From a virus: a stretch of DNA of 64,000 nt. Position 1 is the first letter of the stretch, and each line of letters opens with the position of its first letter. This document shows, piece by piece, positions 44,379 to 52,659 of this stretch. The notes under the pieces are model-generated. The model saw nothing but the letters and a program-made list of their open reading frames with translations. It made no database searches and had not been told where the DNA came from. Location: IMG/VR virus record IMGVR_UViG_3300045988_137804, positions 1-64,000 of that record. One strand, written 5' to 3'. The position numbers and the translations under genes were made by a program.

Positions 44379-45524
44379 TTATTTTAAAGCACCGCTTGAA
44401 TTAAAGCTATATTCTTTTCCACCTATTTTAATTATTTCATTACAAGCCATTGATCCATCATCTTTAAGATAATATTTTGTGCCTTTATCTGTAACCCAAT
44501 GATTTCTCATCATTGCTCCGACTGGGATACAATCCTTATCTTTATTATACCAATACCATTTATTATTTTTTTTTAACCAACCAGTTACCATTGAACATCC
44601 TGGAAATCCAGAGACTTCTCCACTTGATACAAAATAATAATCATTTGTCCCATCATTATATTCGCCTAAAACTGCTGAACCAGTTTGATGATTTTTACCT
44701 CCACTTGTTCTCAATAGATACCAAAAACCATCAATTTTTCTCCAACCCGTAACCATCGCACCGATTGCATAATATGGCGTATTAGATTCACTTAAATAAT
44801 ACCAGTCGCCATTATCACAAAGCCAACCAGTTTTCATACTGCAATCATCATTAAAATAATACCAATGTCCATTTATTGATTCCCATTTATTATTTATAGC
44901 ATAACCATTTTTGTCAAAGTAGTACCAAACGTTATCTAGACATTTCCACTGTTCCTTTGGGTATGATTCGTCATCATTTCTATACCACCAGCCAATATTG
45001 TCTTTTTTCCAACCAACAGATATTTTATTAGTAATATCTTTCTTGAACTGATTCCAAATAGAAGAGTCACAACCGTTTGCACCCCAACCTGTCCAACCTG
45101 GACAAGACTTAGAGCATACATCCCAATGACGAACAACATGAGCTGCATCGATGTTATATTTCTTCATAAGTGTTTTAGTAAGTTCAACTGTATTTCTATA
45201 TGTTCCATCAGAAATCTTTCCGTCTGTAGAACACATTTCGATGCTAATTGAATTACTATTCGTACATTTTCCAAATAAGTTATTTGAACCGTAATTTCTT
45301 CCAACAGCCCAAGCCGTGTCACTATCGGAAACTACCTGTACTACGTTCTCTGTATCAACGAAATAATGAGCAGATGCACCACGGTTAGTACTTTTAAAGT
45401 AGTTGCCGTTGTTCACAGATTTGTCCCACCAATTTCCTGTGTAGTGAATTACAATATACTTTCTTCCGTTATTACCTTTTGTGTAATTAACTTTAGTAAG
45501 GTTTTGAATAAGTTTGTAAGCCAT
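44379..45524 (-). CDS. endolysin: N-acetylmuramoyl-L-alanine amidase (Amidase_2/PGRP-like) plus cell-wall-binding repeats
   Basis: IVIHYTGN...ASAHYFVD...AWAVG...SISIEMC amidase core. The C-terminal half holds about 6 GW..(x)..WYYF/WYYL repeats. Confidence 0.85.
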   Translation of the reverse strand: MAYKLIQNLTKVNYTKGNNGRKYIVIHYTGNWWDKSVNNGNYFKSTNRGASAHYFVDTENVVQVVSDSDTAWAVGRNYGSNNLFGKCTNSNSISIEMCSTDGKISDGTYRNTVELTKTLMKKYNIDAAHVVRHWDVCSKSCPGWTGWGANGCDSSIWNQFKKDITNKISVGWKKDNIGWWYRNDDESYPKEQWKCLDNVWYYFDKNGYAINNKWESINGHWYYFNDDCSMKTGWLCDNGDWYYLSESNTPYYAIGAMVTGWRKIDGFWYLLRTSGGKNHQTGSAVLGEYNDGTNDYYFVSSGEVSGFPGCSMVTGWLKKNNKWYWYNKDKDCIPVGAMMRNHWVTDKGTKYYLKDDGSMACNEIIKIGGKEYSFNSSGALK

Positions 45525-45561
45525 AAAAATACCTCCTTTGAAATAAAAGAACTTTATAGAT

Positions 45562-45598
45562 ACAAAAAGAGAGCAACGAATAAAATCGTCACTCTCTG
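45562..45598 (-). terminator. candidate intrinsic terminator between the fibre genes and the endolysin
   Basis: AGAGAG/CTCTCT plus ACG/CGT helix with an internal loop, followed on the minus strand by TCTTTTTG. Confidence 0.4.
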
Positions 45599-45624
45599 AA
45601 TTAATAAAATTAGATATTTAGTTG

Positions 45625-46887
45625 TTAGATTCCTCTGGTTACTAGTAATGTTCCACTTGTAAGATCTGGTAATCCTGTAAGTTTTCCATTAGATACCCCT
45701 AGTGTAATAGAAGTGGCAGATGGTGTTCCATATGTTACAGATTTATAATAACTTGTTCCGTTGAATGCATACATAGTAGTGGTTGAAGTTCCCCATGAAC
45801 TTGAACTGGAAGCTGTAGCATAACCATACGCTTTGATTGTCCCAGATGTAGTTTTAAATGATACTGTTGGGTTTGTAACATCAATCAAATAAGCTTCGCA
45901 ATTGTTATTGGACGATGTTGAAGATGAAGAATCTCCAGTATATGTACCAGTTACTCCAAGAATTGATACTCCAGATTTGATATTAGAAGCAATAATTTTA
46001 TTTTGTTCTGTAGAAGAAATTGATACTTTTCCAGAGCCATTATGGTATCCGGATGGAATAGTATATGTTCCAGCTTTAGTAGAAATTGTTCCAGTAACCG
46101 CACCATTATTTGTCATTGTACCTGTAGTTTTACCACTACTAATATAAGCGGTTTTACCAGAGAGAATGTTTGTTGCTGTAGCTGTTGCATCTGAAGTGTT
46201 TGTGCCTGTGGAAGTACCAGAAGAGGAGACATCGAGTGTTCCAGTCAATTTAACGCCGTTAATTGATGTAAATGTAACACCTTTTTTTACTTCTCTAACA
46301 GAAGCATTACCAAATTTGCTTGCATCCACAAGCAAAGTCAAATCTTGATCACCTACATATGCGCCGATTTTATCATCATTATTAGGATTCCAAGTCCCAG
46401 TTATTTTTGCAAATTTTAAATTATAACCTCCAATCGAGCTTACATGTGTTTCTACTGAAGACACGGTATGTGCAACATCTGGATTTCTAGGTAATGTTCC
46501 ACTAATATTTACGCCATTCGCACTTGTAAAAGTATAGCCTGATACAACAGCGTCTTGTGGCGCGTCACCAAATTTATTAGCTCTTGTTGTTGTTGTTAAA
46601 ATATCGCCCTGTTGAACAATTGCTTTGTTTGTATCTGCATTAGATCCCAAATTATTTACATTTTGTGAAATACTAATACTTGCTGATGTACCGCTTTTAT
46701 TATATATAGGATCTGTACCAACTGAGCCATATTGAAACAAATCTGTTCTATGTTCAAGCGTACCAGTAATAGCAGTACCACTTTTATTATGAGCCTTTAC
46801 GCCACTTGCCATACCACTCGCAGTAACCGTATCCCCTGTCAAATCAATCAGAGTTTTTCCATTATAAACAACTTTATTTGTCGCCAT
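45625..46887 (-). CDS. tail fibre / structural repeat protein
   Basis: G/T/S-rich with repeated G.TA.I.G(T)L and SGKT.GTM units. Located in the fibre cluster. Confidence 0.45.
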   Translation of the reverse strand: MATNKVVYNGKTLIDLTGDTVTASGMASGVKAHNKSGTAITGTLEHRTDLFQYGSVGTDPIYNKSGTSASISISQNVNNLGSNADTNKAIVQQGDILTTTTRANKFGDAPQDAVVSGYTFTSANGVNISGTLPRNPDVAHTVSSVETHVSSIGGYNLKFAKITGTWNPNNDDKIGAYVGDQDLTLLVDASKFGNASVREVKKGVTFTSINGVKLTGTLDVSSSGTSTGTNTSDATATATNILSGKTAYISSGKTTGTMTNNGAVTGTISTKAGTYTIPSGYHNGSGKVSISSTEQNKIIASNIKSGVSILGVTGTYTGDSSSSTSSNNNCEAYLIDVTNPTVSFKTTSGTIKAYGYATASSSSSWGTSTTTMYAFNGTSYYKSVTYGTPSATSITLGVSNGKLTGLPDLTSGTLLVTRGI

Positions 46888-46899
46888 ATAATCCCTCCT

Positions 46900-48618
46900 T
46901 TATCCTATTGTTACAGTAGTACCAGAGCTATTTGACTCTTCCTTATACGGAATCGCACTTACTGATACGTTATCTTTCATGACCTTACCGCTTGTACTAA
47001 GTGACTGTGTGGTAGCTGACGGAGTTACACTATATGAGCCTGAATAAGTCTCTGGAAGTTTAGCGATAATTGCTTTAAGAATTGAAGTCACATCTGAGCC
47101 ATAAGATGAGAGAGAAGATAAGTCTCCCAGTTTTGTATTGATTTCTGATTCTGTGTAATAACGATCATCGTGCGTATGACTTGAAGCTGCTTTTCCATTA
47201 AGAGCGGTAGTAATTGTACTCTGTGTCATAGTACCATCTGTTGCAGTACCCGTACCTGTATAAAGTTTTGTAAGACCTGCTGTTGATGTTGTTCCTGTAC
47301 TGTAAGTAGTATTTGTAGGAACTACCCATGTACCATCTCCACGTAAAAATGATGCTTGTTTTCCAGCCGCAGGAGCCGGAACTAAACCTGCTTTTCCAGC
47401 AGCACTTGCTGTAGCGGCAGTCATATTGCTATAAGTTGTATTATTATCCGGTGGAACAGTCCAAGTTCCATCCTCTCTAAGATATTTTGTAGTACCTGCT
47501 GTTGTAGATGGAGCAGGTACAAGACCAGCCTTTGCTCCAGAACCAGACTTAACAAAATTTGAATATGTTGTGTTGTTATCTGCTCCCCAAACAGCAGTAC
47601 CATCCGCTGACCATCTAAGAATTTGCCCAGAAGACCCTCCGGATGGAATATGTTTATTTCCAGATGTTGTTGGGTGAGTATATACTGTATCTGTGAATTT
47701 TGCCCCGGATGGAACATCTGCATTAACTGTATGATTATTTACTTTTGATGCATTTGTTGCAGTTGAAGCATTTCCACTTAAAGCACCTTTAAAGGTTGTT
47801 GCTCTGATTGTTCCAGAAGACGGCTGAACAGACAATCCAGCACTTGAGAAAACTTGATCCGTAACAGTTGTTGGCGAGAATCCTTCTGTAGCACTATTTG
47901 AAGCACCCCAAACCAATGATCTCCAGTTTGTATAATCTGAATCTTTTACAGCTGCCTGTGTTACCTTTGTGTCCGTATTCGTATCACTTCCAGGAATACC
48001 TAATCCTGTAATATCTGCCTTTGTAACAGCAGTAGCAGCACTAACATGTCCTGTTGCATCAACTGTAACTTTGTAAAGTCCAGAAGATTTTGCTGTGTAA
48101 CTTGGATGGGTATAAACTGTATTATTATCAGTTAATTCGATAGTTGTGTTCCCAGATTGGTTCATAGTAAAAGTCCCTTTACTAGTGCCATTTTGTTTGA
48201 CAGTCACTGTACCATTACCAACTGACGGTATTGTAGCAGAACTATAAGCAAGAGAACCAAGTCCAAGCCATGATTTCAATGCGTCTTTACTGACATCCTT
48301 GATTTTTGCAATATTTGAACCACCGTCTCCGCCTGTATATCCTGCAATGAATTTAATGTTATCTCCTGTAATTCCACTTCCGCTATAACCAATCTTAATA
48401 TTTTTTGATGTATTTCCATAATCGACTACAGTAGTAGCCGAATCCGCACTTGTTGCTTTAGTCGCAGTATCTGCATTTCCCTGTAATTTTCCAATAAATG
48501 TTGGAGCTGTAACTGAGTCGCTTACATATAATTTTGACAAAAGCCTCGAAACTCCCGTTACGATTAGATTGCTTAACTGAGCCAAGTTAACTCCTCCTTT
48601 CGTATATTTAAAAATCAA
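46900..48618 (-). CDS. tail fibre protein
   Basis: Shares modules with 54527-57607 (VYTHPSYTAKSSGLYKVTVDATGHVS; GLTKLYTGTGTATDGTMTQ; SSHTHDDRYYTESEINTKL). His-x-His fibre-type motifs. Confidence 0.65.
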   Translation of the reverse strand: MIFKYTKGGVNLAQLSNLIVTGVSRLLSKLYVSDSVTAPTFIGKLQGNADTATKATSADSATTVVDYGNTSKNIKIGYSGSGITGDNIKFIAGYTGGDGGSNIAKIKDVSKDALKSWLGLGSLAYSSATIPSVGNGTVTVKQNGTSKGTFTMNQSGNTTIELTDNNTVYTHPSYTAKSSGLYKVTVDATGHVSAATAVTKADITGLGIPGSDTNTDTKVTQAAVKDSDYTNWRSLVWGASNSATEGFSPTTVTDQVFSSAGLSVQPSSGTIRATTFKGALSGNASTATNASKVNNHTVNADVPSGAKFTDTVYTHPTTSGNKHIPSGGSSGQILRWSADGTAVWGADNNTTYSNFVKSGSGAKAGLVPAPSTTAGTTKYLREDGTWTVPPDNNTTYSNMTAATASAAGKAGLVPAPAAGKQASFLRGDGTWVVPTNTTYSTGTTSTAGLTKLYTGTGTATDGTMTQSTITTALNGKAASSHTHDDRYYTESEINTKLGDLSSLSSYGSDVTSILKAIIAKLPETYSGSYSVTPSATTQSLSTSGKVMKDNVSVSAIPYKEESNSSGTTVTIG

Positions 48619-49295
48619 TATTCGATAAAGTCATCGAACTCTATTTTGTTTTCGTATATCTTGTTTGAATTTGGGATAGAATAAATCCCGTGAATTTGAT
48701 CATTATAAGACGGTCTATAAATTTCTGTTCCTTCATGGATTCTAAGACCTGTAAATAAAATGTATCCTTGTGTAAACGTATTTTCCAAATTTGGGTTTGG
48801 GTAAAACATAATATAAATCTTTCCATCATCTGCATTTGATCTAAATTTTGCCCAAACCAATATCACTTTTCCTTTTGTAGTGTCTACAATACTCCACGAG
48901 TTACCGTTTGTATTATATTTTTCTGTATACGAACAACCATGTTCTAAATGTAATCGAAAATCCGCATCACAATCCTCAGAAACATAAGCGTACATGCTTA
49001 CTGTGAAATCTCCATTTTTTATTCTTTCTTTTTGCCAATCGAGAATATAAGAGTAAACCATGAATCGTTTTGTATTATTCCAATATTTTCGTTTCTCCTC
49101 TGATACGGGATTAATTTTTTTACAAGTATCAAATCCATAAGGAAGAAAAATATCCGTCTTATAGTTAGATTCACAGGTACAATTACTATTTGCTATATTT
49201 TGTTTTCCTAAATATAAATTTTGCGGGGGGGGGGTAACAGAATAGTTTACATCAATTATCCCATTTTCATTAAGTTGCGTCATTCTATCCTCCAA
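48615..49295 (-). CDS. hypothetical fibre-locus protein carrying a C10 tract at codons 21-24
   Basis: 226-aa ORF overlapping the next gene's start by 4 nt. C-terminus ...FDDFIEY like its neighbours. Confidence 0.55.
   Translation of the reverse strand: MEDRMTQLNENGIIDVNYSVTPPPQNLYLGKQNIANSNCTCESNYKTDIFLPYGFDTCKKINPVSEEKRKYWNNTKRFMVYSYILDWQKERIKNGDFTVSMYAYVSEDCDADFRLHLEHGCSYTEKYNTNGNSWSIVDTTKGKVILVWAKFRSNADDGKIYIMFYPNPNLENTFTQGYILFTGLRIHEGTEIYRPSYNDQIHGIYSIPNSNKIYENKIEFDDFIEY
49225..49234. repeat. G10/C10 homopolymer inside the 5' end of the 48615-49295 gene
   Basis: gcGGGGGGGGGGta counted directly. Encodes TPPPQ on the coding strand. Confidence 0.95.
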
Positions 49296-49313
49296 AAATC
49301 CATTTAAATAAGG

Positions 49314-49709
49314 CTAAAATTCAATGAAATCTGCCGATGAAATTCCACTTTCATTAAAAGTACATTTTGATGTTATTTCTGTGTCTATGCGGTAATATAA
49401 GTCGTAATAACCATCTATAACCACTTCTCCAAGTGTAGATGGAATACCACCATTAAATTTATTCCAACAACCGATAGCTCCCCACCAGTTACTGCTATAT
49501 GTATTGTTCATACAGAGATAAGTATTACCTTTCTTTAGATAAACTCCACCGTAACTACTTGAAGTCCAATATTCATCACCTGTATAGACCTCAACATCAT
49601 CGTGACCCACATCTGCGAAAGCAGCAGTCATCGGATTTACATTTTGAATAAACCTATATTTAAAATCTGGATTACTTTCTGTTATTTTTGAATTGTCATA
49701 AGTTCCCAT
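49314..49709 (-). CDS. hypothetical fibre-locus protein
   Basis: 131-aa ORF. C-terminus ...SSADFIEF. Confidence 0.5.
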   Translation of the reverse strand: MGTYDNSKITESNPDFKYRFIQNVNPMTAAFADVGHDDVEVYTGDEYWTSSSYGGVYLKKGNTYLCMNNTYSSNWWGAIGCWNKFNGGIPSTLGEVVIDGYYDLYYRIDTEITSKCTFNESGISSADFIEF

Positions 49710-49960
49710 TTGCCTGACGTGTTGTAATTACATAATGAAACATTAAACCATGCATTTTCGTTCTTGTATACATGTGTTGCAAATGAGTCAGATTCTGAGA
49801 ATAAGTTAAAAGAACCGTCAGATAAGACGGGAGTATGATGAAAGACTCTTACCCATACTGATCCATCTGATTCAGTATAAAAGTTTGAGTCATACATATT
49901 AATAATAGGAGAGGTAGCAAATGCAGTTGCAAGGATGTTTCCATTTTTACAAATATTCAT
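49682..49960 (-). CDS. hypothetical fibre-locus protein (N-terminal KNGN motif)
   Basis: Starts MNICKNGNI. Overlaps the downstream ORF by 28 nt. Confidence 0.45.
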   Translation of the reverse strand: MNICKNGNILATAFATSPIINMYDSNFYTESDGSVWVRVFHHTPVLSDGSFNLFSESDSFATHVYKNENAWFNVSLCNYNTSGKWELMTIQK

Positions 49961-49962
49961 AA

Positions 49963-50523
49963 TTACACCTCCTCAATCTGTATTGCTACGATTTTATCTG
50001 AAGCAATTGAACCAGATTTAGTAGAGTTGTCAATAGCATATTCTGCTGGCATAACCTTGATATTTGAGAATGTAATTCTTCCTATACCATTCGAATAGTC
50101 ACTACGAACTCCTAAGTATTGTCGTGTCCATTTGTCGTCTTTATTATTAAAGAATCCAGATACAAATTTTGATCCAGATTTTGCACTAAGAACCAAATCT
50201 TTGTTTAATACTTTATTTACAACAGTACACATCGAGTTTCCACTAGACCAATAATATGTATTATCATTTTTGTTAAACGTTGATCCTTGCGCCCATATAT
50301 CAAAATTATCTGCAACATTTTCTTGAAATCCGTCCCAAGAAATAAGAAGCTCAATGTAATACCTTTTAGTTCCTTCAAATCCAGCAATTGATTCTCCAGT
50401 TAATGTTGAGTTATTAGTATCTTTCCTTGGAACATATGTAACACTTTTGACATTATTCATCAACACTCCACCATGCTCATACATTTCAGTTCCAGTTACA
50501 TTACCATTCTTATATATACTCAT
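49963..50523 (-). CDS. hypothetical fibre-locus protein (N-terminal KNGN motif)
   Basis: Starts MSIYKNGNV. 186 aa. Confidence 0.5.
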   Translation of the reverse strand: MSIYKNGNVTGTEMYEHGGVLMNNVKSVTYVPRKDTNNSTLTGESIAGFEGTKRYYIELLISWDGFQENVADNFDIWAQGSTFNKNDNTYYWSSGNSMCTVVNKVLNKDLVLSAKSGSKFVSGFFNNKDDKWTRQYLGVRSDYSNGIGRITFSNIKVMPAEYAIDNSTKSGSIASDKIVAIQIEEV

Positions 50524-50524
50524 A

Positions 50525-50770
50525 TTAAACCACCGCCTTCCGGTAATTTAGATTTCCATAACTTCTCTTGTTGGTCTGTTTTGTCATATAATAATATATT
50601 TTTCCTGGCGTTATATGGCAATACTGATTTGTTATTGTATATATATCATTACTTATTCCGGAAAGAACATATGGATTTTCTTTTGTATATTTCTCAGAAT
50701 TTACTAATATATTCATCGCATCTGATTCATATATATTTTCTTTTTTAATATTTCCATTTTTATTTATCAC
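50525..50770 (-). CDS. hypothetical fibre-locus protein (N-terminal KNGN motif)
   Basis: Starts MINKNGNI. 81 aa. 4-nt overlap with the upstream LamG gene. Confidence 0.45.
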   Translation of the reverse strand: MINKNGNIKKENIYESDAMNILVNSEKYTKENPYVLSGISNDIYTITNQYCHITPGKIYYYMTKQTNKRSYGNLNYRKAVV

Positions 50771-52575
50771 TGCTCAATAAATTCTCCTTGTGTCATTAGA
50801 GTACCTGTATTAGTAATAGATACAGGTGTCTTATATAAGTTCATAACATCTTCAGCAGAGAGTGCTGTGGCGTAGATACGAAAGTCAGAAAGATAACCGT
50901 TAGTCCAATTACCTTTTGGGATTCCATTATCAGAATTTTCCGATCCTCCAATTGTCCCTTTTGTGCCAACTCCTTGTAATGTCCCAACTTCATCTTTTGT
51001 CGAAACTAAATTTCCATCTACGTATAATTTTTTGGCTGTGTTACTTCTTGTTACACAAATATGATGCCAACAATTTGTGGTCACAAGATAATCAAATTCT
51101 GTATGTACTTCATCATCAAGTCTTATTACACCTCCAAGAAAGAATACGGCTACTCCAACACCAACGGCTGTTCTTGCAGTATATATAGTGTGCACAGTAT
51201 TTTTTGTAAAATAAGCCCAACAAGCAATAGAAAAATCTGTAGCTGTAGAATTGATTGGATTTTGGACTCCGATATAATTTGAACTACCATTAAATTTATA
51301 ACAACAATTATATCTAGGTGAATCATTATAGATGGTAGGAGCAGAAGAGGAAGTAATCCATCCGTGATGACCAAAGCCAGAAGTATCATAGATTGTGTTA
51401 TCATACATTTCTGGAGTATCTTTTAGAGATGTCATATAAGGAGTGGGAGATGAACCAAGTTCCACTTTTGCATTCTTTACATAAAGATCAGCATTATATC
51501 CGCCTCCGACACAAAAGTAATCAGAATCTTTGCCAGTATACAAATCTCTTAATGTCACGGTTACAGAATATCTTGTCCATTCATCACTTTTAACATCATC
51601 CATTAAATCTCCAAACTCGCGTCTGTTCCAGAAATCAATAGAAGAAGTTGTTGTACTCCAATACTGAATATAAGGACTTCCGCTATCTATAGTTCCTTTT
51701 ACATCAACTGAAAAGGTTACAACATCTCCTGTTTTTAATCCGGAATTCTTACGTTCAAAATTTATACAAATCCCATTTGAATTAAAAATGCCAGTATTTC
51801 CAGTTTTAAAATGCCAACCTTCCGATGTTACTTCGTTGATGATGATATTATTTATTACACCATCACCCCAGTTTCTCCCATTCCAATCAATTAACCCTGA
51901 AGAATCTAATAAGTTTCTTCCAATGATATTTCCATCAATCATACTCATCGGATAATGGCACATTAACCCTTGAGATAAAAGACGAACTTCTTTAGGAGAT
52001 ATGGCATTATTGTAAATACGATAATCATTAAACATATGATATTCTGAATTGTAAATCATCTGTGTGTCATAAGCAAATGTAGAAGAGTTACTAACTTTTC
52101 CGCCTTCAGACCATTTTAGTTGTCCATTAATATAGATATTAATAGTAGGATTTTTATATACAACTGCAACATGTGTCCATTGATAGGATGGAAGTACACC
52201 TTTTATAAAATTTCCACAAAATATTGTATTTTCAGCATCATTCATCCAACTCCAATGAAAGTCATTACATGTAGGATATTGAAATAATGAAAACTTTCTA
52301 CTATTGTTTGCTGTCATATTATCGTTTCCAAATATCCTTGTGCGATTTGTAGTACTTCCTTCTTCCGCATTTACATATATCCAGAAAGCAATAGTAAGTT
52401 CATCATTATTTAGAACCTTTTCTGTACCTTCAGCCGGAATCAAAACTCCGCCTTTATTTAAACACTTTCCAAGTTTTCCGTCTTTGTAAGTTGCTCCTGT
52501 AACTTGTAAATCTACGTCCAGTAATCCCTGATTATTAGTATGTCCGTTCAGTGGCAGGTGTATCATCAAACTCAT
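50767..52575 (-). CDS. double LamG/concanavalin-like lectin-domain protein (putative receptor-binding protein), paralog A
   Basis: Two LamG-type units (ELTIAFWIYV...WTHVAVVY...IYINGQL...DYRIYNNAISPKEV and FSIACWAYF...WHHICVTRS...LYVDGNLV...DFRIYATALSAEDV). C-terminus NTGTLMTQGEFIEQ. Confidence 0.65.
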   Translation of the reverse strand: MSLMIHLPLNGHTNNQGLLDVDLQVTGATYKDGKLGKCLNKGGVLIPAEGTEKVLNNDELTIAFWIYVNAEEGSTTNRTRIFGNDNMTANNSRKFSLFQYPTCNDFHWSWMNDAENTIFCGNFIKGVLPSYQWTHVAVVYKNPTINIYINGQLKWSEGGKVSNSSTFAYDTQMIYNSEYHMFNDYRIYNNAISPKEVRLLSQGLMCHYPMSMIDGNIIGRNLLDSSGLIDWNGRNWGDGVINNIIINEVTSEGWHFKTGNTGIFNSNGICINFERKNSGLKTGDVVTFSVDVKGTIDSGSPYIQYWSTTTSSIDFWNRREFGDLMDDVKSDEWTRYSVTVTLRDLYTGKDSDYFCVGGGYNADLYVKNAKVELGSSPTPYMTSLKDTPEMYDNTIYDTSGFGHHGWITSSSAPTIYNDSPRYNCCYKFNGSSNYIGVQNPINSTATDFSIACWAYFTKNTVHTIYTARTAVGVGVAVFFLGGVIRLDDEVHTEFDYLVTTNCWHHICVTRSNTAKKLYVDGNLVSTKDEVGTLQGVGTKGTIGGSENSDNGIPKGNWTNGYLSDFRIYATALSAEDVMNLYKTPVSITNTGTLMTQGEFIEQ

Positions 52576-52612
52576 ACAACTACCTCCAGAATATTCAGAC
52601 AGTTTCTATCTA

Positions 52613-52629
52613 TTTTTTTTTTTTTTTTT
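52613..52629. repeat. T17 (A17 on the coding strand) homopolymer between the two LamG paralogs
   Basis: 17 consecutive T counted (52613-52629). Lies 37 nt upstream of the ATG of the 50767-52575 gene. Confidence 0.95.
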
Positions 52630-52659
52630 GAATAATTTCTTCGCATCTCGTTCATTTTC

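Noticed and set aside
44566-44574. T9 (A9 on the coding strand) run inside the endolysin gene as a phase-variation tract
   Set aside because: - A/T runs of this size are expected in such an AT-rich genome.
- It simply encodes KKNN within a cell-wall-binding repeat.
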